Of a DNA stretch of 64,000 nucleotides, positions 20,682 through 28,194 are shown one piece after another. Below the pieces are notes generated by a model, which had not been told where the DNA came from, ran no database searches, and saw only the letters and a list, made by a program, of their open reading frames with translations. This DNA is from Microgenomates group bacterium (GTDB lineage: Bacteria; Patescibacteriota; Microgenomatia; PFEM01; JBNASD01). Each line of letters begins with the position of its first letter. Positions within the stretch are counted from its first letter, which is position 1. The translations under genes were made by a program, and so were the position numbers. The stretch is taken from the NCBI GenBank assembly GCA_049720225.1, contig JBNASD010000001.1, forward strand, positions 100,733 through 164,732, read 5' to 3'.

Positions 20682-21077
20682 TTAACCTAAATAAACTTTA
20701 TTACTTTTTCTTTTTTTTCTTGCTTCCTCGGTTTCTGTTCCCCGCTGATAGTCATCTTCTAATCTTACGGTTTTTCCTTTTTCCGGCGTTGAGGCTTCTA
20801 AAATATCACAATCAGTAATTGCCCAACAGCGGTGTTTTGTCATTGGTTTAATAAAATATCCCTTTAAAGGCTTCATTTTTTGCCATCGGCCGTTAAGAAG
20901 AATTTTTGCCTCCCCTTTTAATAAGCATAAAGTTTCTGTTTTTTGGTCATGGTATTGATAACTCAATCTTTTTCCTTTTTCAAGATGAAGAATTTTTCCG
21001 GTAACTGGTGATTCGGGAGGAGTGAAAATCAATTCCCAGCCCCACGGTTTTAAAATTTTTAAAGAAAATGGCTTCAT
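20682..21077 (-). CDS. Cupin (mannose-6-phosphate isomerase type II-like)
   Basis: KPWGWE, LSYQYH, RLEDDYQR. Confidence 0.85.
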   Translation of the reverse strand: MKPFSLKILKPWGWELIFTPPESPVTGKILHLEKGKRLSYQYHDQKTETLCLLKGEAKILLNGRWQKMKPLKGYFIKPMTKHRCWAITDCDILEASTPEKGKTVRLEDDYQRGTETEEARKKRKSNKVYLG

Positions 21078-21086
21078 AATTTCATT

Positions 21087-21764
21087 TTAAAGACTTAAAA
21101 TAACTAGGTCAAGATAGTAATCTAGCGAATAAATCGCTCTTCCGCTTTTTTGTAAATAATCGATAACTAATAATTGAGAATAAAAATTAATTAATTTTTT
21201 TAAATCAAATTTTCTTGCCTGAGCAATTAGTTTTTTTCTTTTCCATGATTCATATTCTTTAAGACCTTCCTCTCCTAAATCTTTGGCAATAATTAAATCT
21301 TTAACATGCCGGTGAAGAAAGTAAAAAATCAATTCTGGTTTTTCTTTTTTTAAGCAACGATGAAAAAGCAATAATGCTTGATTTTTGGTTTCCGGAGAAA
21401 GCGATTCTAAAAACTGAAAAATAATTTTTGGCAATTCAAATATTCTTATTTGGGCAAAAGAAAAAGGAGCTAAAGTCTGAGGAGAAATTTTTTTTCCTTC
21501 CCAAATAATTAAATTTTCTGGTTTTTCTTTTATTAAATATTTAATAATTAAATTTTTTTCCTTATTTCTTGGTGAAGAAAAAAAATTTTCCAGGACCACT
21601 AATTTATCGTTTTTTAAAAGAGATTGACTTTCTAAAGCCTGAAGAAGATTTTCTAAAGCGAGGTTTTTTCCCTCTAAATAAATTACTTCTCCCGAAAAAG
21701 ACTTAACTCTCGAAGTTAAAAATTGCCGCGAGAGAGTAGTATTTTCTCCATGAAGAATTAGCAT
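21087..21764 (-). CDS. holA: Short DNA polymerase III delta subunit-like protein
   Basis: ILHGEN start, C-terminal LL.ID...KSG; shorter than canonical HolA. Confidence 0.65.
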   Translation of the reverse strand: MLILHGENTTLSRQFLTSRVKSFSGEVIYLEGKNLALENLLQALESQSLLKNDKLVVLENFFSSPRNKEKNLIIKYLIKEKPENLIIWEGKKISPQTLAPFSFAQIRIFELPKIIFQFLESLSPETKNQALLLFHRCLKKEKPELIFYFLHRHVKDLIIAKDLGEEGLKEYESWKRKKLIAQARKFDLKKLINFYSQLLVIDYLQKSGRAIYSLDYYLDLVILSL

Positions 21765-21772
21765 TATAATAT

Positions 21773-22024
21773 TTATTCTACTTTATAAACTTCATCGCCT
21801 TCTTTTACCGGTTGGTCAACTTTCATTCCTACCGTTTGTCCTTTATCCGCCTCATTTACTGGTTGGTGTTCGATTTGCATTGACTGTACTGTTTGGGTGA
21901 ATTCTTGACCATGGCCGGTAATTTTAATTTGATCCCCTACCTTAAGAGGAGAAAGAACCTCTACCACCGCTACTCCAATTCGGTCAAAATAGTGAGTAAT
22001 TTTTCCGGCTAAAATATCCGCCAT
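21773..22024 (-). CDS. Translation-elongation-factor-like / U32 peptidase C-terminal beta-barrel protein
   Basis: GKITHYFDRIGVA...SMQIEH...GDEVYK; strong SD GGAGGTGA. Confidence 0.85.
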   Translation of the reverse strand: MADILAGKITHYFDRIGVAVVEVLSPLKVGDQIKITGHGQEFTQTVQSMQIEHQPVNEADKGQTVGMKVDQPVKEGDEVYKVE

Positions 22025-22045
22025 TATCTCACCTCCTTCCTTTTT

Positions 22046-22525
22046 TCAGATTTTACCATTTTTGATCTTCCAATGACAAATCGCCACCGCCAAGGCATCG
22101 GCCGCATGAGTTGGTCGGGGAACTTTTTTTAGTTTTAAAATTTTTTTTACCTGAGATTGAATTTGATTTTTCTTTGCTCGGCCATTTTCTGTAAGCATCA
22201 TTTTAATTTTTAAAGGAGGATATTCTACTACTTGAATTTTTTTTCTTTCCGCCGCTAACTTAATTACGCCCATTGCCTGACCAACCGCAGAAGCGGATTT
22301 GGCATTGGTATTGAAAAAAAGAGTTTCTAAGGCTAAAACTTGGGGTTTATGGTCGCGAATAATTTTTAGGGTTTGTTTGTAAATTAAATCCAATCTTTTT
22401 GGGGAACTTAAATGATTAGAAGTTTTAATACTTCCGTGGCAAAGAAGAGTAATTTTTTGAGAACGACATTCAATAATTCCGTAACCAGTTTCCGCCGTTC
22501 CCGGATCAATACCGAGAATTTTCAT
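22046..22525 (-). CDS. ruvC: Holliday junction resolvase RuvC
   Basis: MKILGIDPG start; AADALAVAICH end. Confidence 0.95.
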   Translation of the reverse strand: MKILGIDPGTAETGYGIIECRSQKITLLCHGSIKTSNHLSSPKRLDLIYKQTLKIIRDHKPQVLALETLFFNTNAKSASAVGQAMGVIKLAAERKKIQVVEYPPLKIKMMLTENGRAKKNQIQSQVKKILKLKKVPRPTHAADALAVAICHWKIKNGKI

Positions 22526-22563
22526 AAAATTAAGTATAGCAAAAGAAAGGCGAACGAGTAAAT

Positions 22564-22654
22564 AAAAAAATATGCCGGGAAGAGATAAATAAAAATAATA
22601 ATGGTGTGCTTCGCTTTGGAAGCTCCCCCCCAAAAAAACTATCTCTTCCCGGCA
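22564..22654 (-). terminator. Long interrupted 3' hairpin A with U-tract
   Basis: 15-bp perfect arms TGCCGGGAAGAGATA (22573-22587) / TATCTCTTCCCGGCA (22640-22654); apical GCTTC-CAAAGC-GAAGC on minus strand; T7 tail. Confidence 0.75.
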
Positions 22655-22664
22655 AATAAAAATC

Positions 22665-23006
22665 TTACCCAGAGCAAATCGTCGCCATCGTGACGATTGC
22701 TCCAATTCCGAGAATAATCTGCCCCACGCGCAACAAAAACACACCCGGTATCCACAGGGCGTATTCATCATTCATTGCTGTCTCTACCGAAAATTTCCAT
22801 GGAGGCGCGCACACCACCGCGCCTTGCACACTCTTGACCAAATCCTTTTCGGAAGAACTGCTCTTTTCAATGATGACAAAAATGGTCCTTCCGGGCAAAA
22901 GGAGGCGTCTTCCCCTCCATGCGAGATTTATCAGGAATTGAGGGATAATTCCCAATTCCATGATCATCAATCCCACCAAGATCAAAATTATGCCGAAGCC
23001 TTCCAT
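22665..23006 (-). CDS. Orphan two-TM membrane protein (unit A)
   Basis: SD AAGGAGG before ATG 23006; own promoter; hydrophobic N- and C-termini. Confidence 0.7.
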   Translation of the reverse strand: MEGFGIILILVGLMIMELGIIPQFLINLAWRGRRLLLPGRTIFVIIEKSSSSEKDLVKSVQGAVVCAPPWKFSVETAMNDEYALWIPGVFLLRVGQIILGIGAIVTMATICSG

Positions 23007-23045
23007 TTTCAAACCCTCCTTTTTTTAAATGTGCGGCTAATTTGA

Positions 23046-23083
23046 ATTTTACCCCAAAACCAAAAAATATTCAACATTATAGG
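23046..23083 (-). promoter_or_regulatory. Sigma70-type promoter of unit A with upstream CCTATAATG motif
   Basis: CCTATAATG-TTGAAT-17 nt-TAAAAT; GCACATTTAAAAA follows at 23034-23022. Confidence 0.6.
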
Positions 23084-23139
23084 TTTAAAAATAAAATTTT
23101 GATTAGTATTAATAATTTTTTTCTGGTATAATATTTTGT

Positions 23140-23151
23140 GTTCTTTGAAAA
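23140..23151 (+). promoter_or_regulatory. boxA-like antitermination motif in the tRNA-Lys/Glu leader
   Basis: GTTCTTTGAAAA a few nt after extended -10 TGGTATAAT (23124-23132). Confidence 0.55.
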
Positions 23152-23224
23152 TTAAAGTTAATCCGATCGTGGGTCCGTATCCGCCAGCCGGCGGACAACT
23201 GGCGAACTTTTAAGCAGTTGTTAT

Positions 23225-23296
23225 GGGTCCGTAGCTCAGAGGTAGAGCAGCTGCCTTTTAAGCAGTTGGTCGAGCGTTCGATTCGCTCCGGACCCA
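23225..23296 (+). tRNA. tRNA-Lys(TTT)
   Basis: Anticodon arm GCTGC-CTTTTAA-GCAGT. Confidence 0.95.
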
Positions 23297-23318
23297 CCCT
23301 ACCCTAGATCCACCTTTC

Positions 23319-23392
23319 GGCCCCGTCGTCTAGCGGCCTAGGACGTCAGCTTTTCAGGCTGAAGGTCGGGGGTTCGAATCCCCCCGGGGTCA
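23319..23392 (+). tRNA. tRNA-Glu(TTC)
   Basis: Anticodon arm TCAGC-TTTTCAG-GCTGA. Confidence 0.95.
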
Positions 23393-23449
23393 CTTTTTGA
23401 AAGCGGTGTCTTCTTAACAATCGGTTCCAAACTTTAAAGGAGGTGGCTT

Positions 23450-23668
23450 ATGTCTTCGAGATGTCCTGCTTGTGGTGGAACTGGCAGGCAGAAAGATGGC
23501 GAGTATCTTAAGGAAAGAGATTGTCGAGTTTGTGGAGGAACAGGAATATTTTCCTCCACATCAACTTCTGACGACAATTGTCTGAGGTGCGAAGGGAGAG
23601 GTTGGTATTTCAGCGATCAGGGTTTACCCACAATTTGTACCTGCAGGAGAGCACGAAAGAAAAAATAA
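23450..23668 (+). CDS. Small DnaJ-type zinc-finger-only protein (unit B)
   Basis: Three CxxCxGxG motifs plus CTC; SD AAAGGAGGT. Confidence 0.8.
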   Translation: MSSRCPACGGTGRQKDGEYLKERDCRVCGGTGIFSSTSTSDDNCLRCEGRGWYFSDQGLPTICTCRRARKKK

Positions 23669-23670
23669 AT

Positions 23671-23769
23671 AAAAAAGCCCGAAGTAATATGGAGGGTAAT
23701 CAAATAATGGAGCATAGCGCTCTACAATTTTATTTTGATTACCTTCTTTTAAAACTTCGGGCTTTTTTT
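23671..23769 (+). terminator. Long interrupted 3' hairpin B with U-tract
   Basis: 15-bp arms AAAAAAGCCCGAAGT / ACTTCGGGCTTTTTT; inner GGTAATCAAA / TTTGATTACC; apex GAGC-ATAGC-GCTC. Confidence 0.8.
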
Positions 23770-23817
23770 ATTTTTAACCACTTTTATTTGCAAATTATCC
23801 TATAATGTGATATAATA
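23760..23817 (+). repeat. 58-bp direct repeat copy 1 (terminator tail plus promoter)
   Basis: Matches 24386-24443 with one mismatch; contains TTGCAA-17-TATAAT. Confidence 0.9.
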
Positions 23818-23981
23818 GCCTTGATTTAAGATAAAAAAGAAATTGAATTTTTGTTCTTTGAAAATTTAAAAAAATTCTTTATCCGAATCGGTAACCTTTT
23901 GGGCATTAATAAAAAATTAATAAATTAGTGTTCAAAAAGTTGCCGATTCGGGCACAATCTTGGAGTTGGAGGTGAAGAAGA

Positions 23982-24293
23982 ATGGCGCTCCGATTATTGA
24001 TCCCCACAACAAGGTTTGCGATCGCACAGTGGTTGCCCCATGGAGAAGAGACACCGATAGTGGTGGTCGGAGGAAAGTGGAACAATGTCGTCATCAGGCA
24101 TAATCCAAAAGGGATGACGGGGCTACTCAGTATACAGAGGGGATTTCCCCTCTCCGTAAGGTCTCTCACGATAGTCGTAAACGGAGACCCAGCGAGGATC
24201 ACTTTCATCTTCTTGGAGCGTCTTCCAGACACAATCCACGTACCGGAGGAATTGAAGAGGTACCTGAAGTTTGAGCAGGTGGTGAAGAGGTAA
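23982..24293 (+). CDS. Orphan soluble protein (unit C)
   Basis: SD GGAGGTGA; promoter and GTTCTTTGAAAA upstream; more GC-rich than neighbours. Confidence 0.75.
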   Translation: MALRLLIPTTRFAIAQWLPHGEETPIVVVGGKWNNVVIRHNPKGMTGLLSIQRGFPLSVRSLTIVVNGDPARITFIFLERLPDTIHVPEELKRYLKFEQVVKR

Positions 24294-24299
24294 ACCGAG

Positions 24300-24395
24300 A
24301 AAGCCGGGAATAAAGAGGATATTTAACTCACCCCTGACATAGCGTCAGGAAAAAGGATGAGTTTTATATCCGATTTACACTTCCCGGCTTTTTTT
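24300..24395 (+). terminator. Long interrupted 3' hairpin C with U-tract
   Basis: Arms AAAGCCGGGAA / TTCCCGGCTTT; GGATAT/ATATCC; AACTCA/TGAGTT; apex CCTGAC-ATAGC-GTCAGG. Confidence 0.8.
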
Positions 24396-24443
24396 ATTTT
24401 TAACCACTTTTATTTGCAAATTATCCTATAATGTGATACAATA
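24386..24443 (+). repeat. 58-bp direct repeat copy 2 (terminator tail plus promoter)
   Basis: Matches 23760-23817; contains TTGCAA-17-TACAAT. Confidence 0.9.
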
Positions 24444-24487
24444 TCCTTTACTATACATTTAAAAACAAAAGGTAAGATTTAATAATT

Positions 24488-25155
24488 ATGGAAAGAAAAA
24501 GAGCATCCTTTATGGAGTTTTAGAGCGTATAATCGAAAGTGTCGGTATAATAGCAATAAATAGTTTGATAAATGACGCGCTCAAAACTTTAGAAAGAAAA
24601 AAAGATCTTTTTCAATCAAATTCGGCAGAAGAAGTCACGATAGAAAGTTTTTATAACAGTTTACTTAGTTTTTTCAAATTTTTTTCTAAAAAATCTTCTG
24701 GAAAATCTCCGGAAGAATTTTTAAAGCAAATATCTCAAGAGTGGAATAATGGCGCCAATAAGTTTACCGATTTAAATAAAGGAAAAATCGAAAGATTAGG
24801 ACAAATAATTATGGGTGGTTATAAGGGGTTGCTATGGTTATATAAAAACCCTTCTTGGCTAATTCATTTAATTGAATTAATGACTTGGGATTTATTTCAG
24901 CGTGTAGGAAAAGACCCTGACTCTAAATTATTTTTAATTTTGTTAACTGTCGGATTAGTTGAAGAAGAAGAACTCTCACTCCCTGAGCTTTATTCTGATA
25001 AACTAAAAGCAAAAGGGGAATATATAGCCTCCTTAATTAACTGCAATAAACCAGAAAGAGAGGAATCGCTTCGATTACCCGAATTAATTAAAAAAATTTT
25101 CTCTTCAGATTTACTAACTTACTCTCCTTCGGTTTTTGGTTATTCTTCAAATTAA
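24488..25155 (+). CDS. Hypothetical protein, probably starting at ATG 24488 across a 1-nt homopolymer frameshift (ORF track start 24565)
   Basis: The 24565 frame is open upstream; one extra A in the run at 24496-24500 joins ATG 24488 (MERKKSILYGVLERII...). Confidence 0.55.
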
Positions 25156-25239
25156 ATATTTCTTTAAAATTTTCTTCCCCAATAGCGTGTTTTGTTTATT
25201 TTTCGAAAAATAAAAAATTTTTAAATATAATTTTATAAT

Positions 25240-25347
25240 AAAAAAACGCCTGAGGTTTTTTAAGTAAAGAGTTTTGATTTAAGATAAGAGTTGCTTAAAT
25301 TATAACTCTTATCTTTTTTTAACTCTTTACGACTTCAGGCGTTTTTT
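25240..25347 (-). terminator. Long interrupted 3' hairpin D, probably bidirectional
   Basis: AAAAAACGCCTGA / TCAGGCGTTTTTT; GTAAAGAGTT / AACTCTTTAC; AAGATAAGAGTT / AACTCTTATCTT. Confidence 0.8.
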
Positions 25348-25366
25348 GTTTTTTTCAGAGGTCCAA

Positions 25367-25831
25367 TTATCTTAAGACCCCCGAAAACAGGAGCAACAAC
25401 TTCAAGAGTAATGCTTGGATAAAAGACAACTTAGCAGGAAGCAGTTGCATTTCAACTGCCCTGCTAAATATATCCGGAATCGCCCAATTCCACAAAATCA
25501 TCGTCAAAACCACCGCCAAGAAGAAGAAACCGACCTTGGCAAATATCATAAAGAGGCGCCAACCAAAAGTTTCCTCTCCATCTTCATCATCTAGGGGTAG
25601 TCTCCCCATCCCCAATACCACAAGTAATAAACACGTCTTGATCGTTTGGGCTGTGGTTAATGTTGCGGGTATGATACCCGCATTAACCAAGGTTGGTAAA
25701 AACCTGGGCATCAGTTTTGCCCACACCCACTGGAATAAAAAGATAGCAATGAAGAAACACACGAAGTAGACTAAAGCCTTCCCCACAATCATTAATGCCA
25801 TTTCCCGAAGTTCTTCTGCTTTTTCGTTCAT
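25367..25831 (-). CDS. Orphan membrane protein with internal duplication (unit D)
   Basis: SD GGAGGTGA; two similar halves (W..LMP..LP....G.IPATLT..Q / WNWAIP.IF......LLPAKLS..Q). Confidence 0.75.
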   Translation of the reverse strand: MNEKAEELREMALMIVGKALVYFVCFFIAIFLFQWVWAKLMPRFLPTLVNAGIIPATLTTAQTIKTCLLLVVLGMGRLPLDDEDGEETFGWRLFMIFAKVGFFFLAVVLTMILWNWAIPDIFSRAVEMQLLPAKLSFIQALLLKLLLLFSGVLR

Positions 25832-25873
25832 CTTTCACCTCCAAATTTAAAATGGGATTTCGGACACGAATAA

Positions 25874-25955
25874 TTTTTAAAAGTGCAAAATACGATCCTT
25901 TTCCTAACGTATTAAATTATACCATTAAGAATTTAAATGTCAATATTATAGGATA
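25874..25955 (-). promoter_or_regulatory. Promoter and leader of unit D
   Basis: TATCCTATAATA-TTGACA-16 nt-TATAAT, then hairpin AATACG..CGTATT and GCACTTTTAAAAA. Confidence 0.65.
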
Positions 25956-26313
25956 CTATAGTAAAAATTTCTTAACTGTTTATAACCCTTAAATAAAGTT
26001 ATAAAGACTTTAAATATAGAGAAAAATTAGAGTTTAAAATTATAATTCTTTAGAAATGGAAATGAAGAGAATAGCTTCAATTTAGACTTATATTGCAGGC
26101 TTTTTAAATTAGTAATGGAATTTTTTAAGCGTCTAAATCGGAGATTTCATAAATATGAAGAAAAAAGAAGTTATTATTAAAAATTTATTTTTTCCTAAAA
26201 TTTTTATGCAAAAAGAAAAAATAAATAAAAAATTTCAGATCAATAGTTAGTCTTTAATAATTTTTAATCTAAAAAATATTAGAAAAAAGAAATACCTTTC
26301 TTTTGGATGTTTT

Positions 26314-26913
26314 TCATGCTTTTTTAATCCCGAACTCCTCCCCATGCCCCGGAAAAATAATTGTTTGGGGAGGTAATAAAAAAATTCGCTTAATTGATTT
26401 TTCTAAATCCTTGTAAGAACTATAAGAAAAATCGGTTCTCCCTACTCCATCAGCAAAAATTAAATCCCCAGAAAAAAGAAAATTTTCTGCCAAAAAACTG
26501 ACACTTCCTGGAGTATGACCGGGAGTAAATAAAACTTTTATTTTTTCTTTTTGAAAAACAATTTCTTGACCCTCTTCTAAAAATTTATCCGGCGGTAAAA
26601 TTGGCTCTGGATTTATACCGGTAAAAAATTTTGCCGATTGGGAAGCTCTTTTTAAAAGAAATAAATCTTTTTGATGAATTAAAAAGGGAATATTAAAGAC
26701 TAACTTCAATTCCGTTACTGCTAAAATATGATCAAAATGGCCGTGGGTAGCTAAAATGAATTTAGGAGAAAAACCTAATTGGTTAATTTTTTCAATGAGA
26801 TATTCTCCATCGTCTCCCGGATCAATGATCACTCCTTCATTACTTTCTTCCTCCCAAACTAAATAACAATTAGTCCGTAATTGACCAACAACTATCTTTT
26901 CAACTTTTATCAT
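26314..26913 (-). CDS. MBL-fold metallo-hydrolase (glyoxalase II family)
   Basis: THGHFDH, TPGHTPG, FSGD, PGHG. Confidence 0.92.
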   Translation of the reverse strand: MIKVEKIVVGQLRTNCYLVWEEESNEGVIIDPGDDGEYLIEKINQLGFSPKFILATHGHFDHILAVTELKLVFNIPFLIHQKDLFLLKRASQSAKFFTGINPEPILPPDKFLEEGQEIVFQKEKIKVLFTPGHTPGSVSFLAENFLFSGDLIFADGVGRTDFSYSSYKDLEKSIKRIFLLPPQTIIFPGHGEEFGIKKA

Positions 26914-26926
26914 TTTTAAAATCTTT

Positions 26927-27241
26927 TTAAACTTTTACTGCCGCTTTTCCTACTCTTTCCCGAAGATAGTAAAGTTTTGCCCGGCGTACCTTTCCTTGTT
27001 TTTTGACTTTTATTTTTTCAATCCAGGGAGAATTTAACGGCCAAATTCTTTCAACTCCAATCCCGCCGGTGGCAATTTTTCTTACCGTAAAGGTTTTGTT
27101 TTCTCCCCTTCCTCGAATGGCAATGACAATTCCCTCAAAATTTTGGATTCTCGTTTTTCCTCCCTCAATAATTTTTTGGGAAACAATTACCGTATCCCCT
27201 ACTTTAAAAGTGGTATCCTTAAATTTTGCCTGATTAGCCAT
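26927..27241 (-). CDS. rplS: 50S ribosomal protein L19
   Basis: [28 protein letters not shown]. Confidence 0.98.
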   Translation of the reverse strand: MANQAKFKDTTFKVGDTVIVSQKIIEGGKTRIQNFEGIVIAIRGRGENKTFTVRKIATGGIGVERIWPLNSPWIEKIKVKKQGKVRRAKLYYLRERVGKAAVKV

Positions 27242-27293
27242 GAGGAAATTCTATCAAGAAAAAGAAAAAAATACAAGGGAAAAATTTATTGAT

Positions 27294-27350
27294 ACTATAA
27301 GTTGAAAATCCAAAAAATTTAAGCTATAATAATTTTCGGTACCTTGAAAG
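27294..27350 (+). promoter_or_regulatory. Promoter and leader of unit E
   Basis: ACTATAAG-TTGAAA-17 nt-TATAAT, then GTACCTTGAAAG. Confidence 0.6.
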
Positions 27351-27388
27351 TAGTCGTTCGAACAAGTTTGTATTAAAGGAGGGAGAAA

Positions 27389-27592
27389 ATGTGGAGGCGT
27401 ACCGCTGAATGCGAGAAGAGCAGAAATGGACAATATTGTCCAAGGGGGTCTGAATGTCCAATGACGGGACGTCGGGTAGAAAAACACAGAGGTGGAAAGT
27501 GTAGGTTGGGACCATACATTAGAAATCCTGAATGCTGGAGGAGGGATGAAATGGATTTCCCTCCCTACTATGATTATGAGAGCGAGTTATAA
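27389..27592 (+). CDS. Small Cys-rich orphan protein (unit E, gene 1)
   Basis: SD AAAGGAGG; five Cys; acidic/aromatic tail. Confidence 0.65.
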   Translation: MWRRTAECEKSRNGQYCPRGSECPMTGRRVEKHRGGKCRLGPYIRNPECWRRDEMDFPPYYDYESEL

Positions 27593-27612
27593 CGTTAGGA
27601 GGAGGCTAGACT

Positions 27613-27840
27613 ATGAAATATACATATCGTACATCTAAAGGCGACGGATATACCTTAGTTTACGGTGAAGGAAAATTTGTAGAGGAAGTTAAATTTGAGA
27701 CTATGTGTCTCACTTTTGAGGAAATGGTAAGCCACCTCAAAAGAGAGCATGGAATAAAGCATCCGACGTTTTCGATTATCTACACGTCGAGGGGCAGGTT
27801 TTGGACGCCGGATGATGGAAAACATATAGTTCCGGCGTAA
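27613..27840 (+). CDS. Small orphan protein (unit E, gene 2)
   Basis: SD AGGAGGAGG before ATG. Confidence 0.7.
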   Translation: MKYTYRTSKGDGYTLVYGEGKFVEEVKFETMCLTFEEMVSHLKREHGIKHPTFSIIYTSRGRFWTPDDGKHIVPA

Positions 27841-27849
27841 TGTAGGAAA

Positions 27850-27935
27850 AAGGGGGGAAGTTTTTTCCCAAAAAGGCATCAAGATTACTTGATGCTGTTC
27901 TTATAAGGTAAAAACTTCCCCCCTTCCCTTTTTTT
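27850..27935 (+). terminator. Long interrupted 3' hairpin E with U-tract
   Basis: 16-bp arms AAGGGGGGAAGTTTTT / AAAAACTTCCCCCCTT; apex GCATCAAG-ATTA-CTTGATGC. Confidence 0.8.
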
Positions 27936-28194
27936 AAATTCTAGATTTTTTTGTACTTGGTTGCGAATTCATTTCGCGAATTTTGACTAATTCTCTATTT
28001 AATTTTTTATTTTATGAATATTTTTTATTTTTTTATAAAATATTGGTATGTCTTTTTAATATCCCTTTTTTATTTCTAAGGTATCTTGCTAATTTTTATT
28101 CTTTATAATAACCCTACTGATAACACTAAAATCAAGTAAATTCTATCAAAGATAAAGAGAAATAAAAAAGAAAAGAGAGAATTTTTAATTTAAA

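Noticed and set aside
22526-22771. 82-aa N-terminal extension of RuvC
   Set aside because: It runs through hairpin A and the end of the unit A ORF; RuvC starts at MKILGIDPG (22525).
23760-24443. CRISPR array
   Set aside because: Only two 58-bp copies 626 bp apart; no cas genes.
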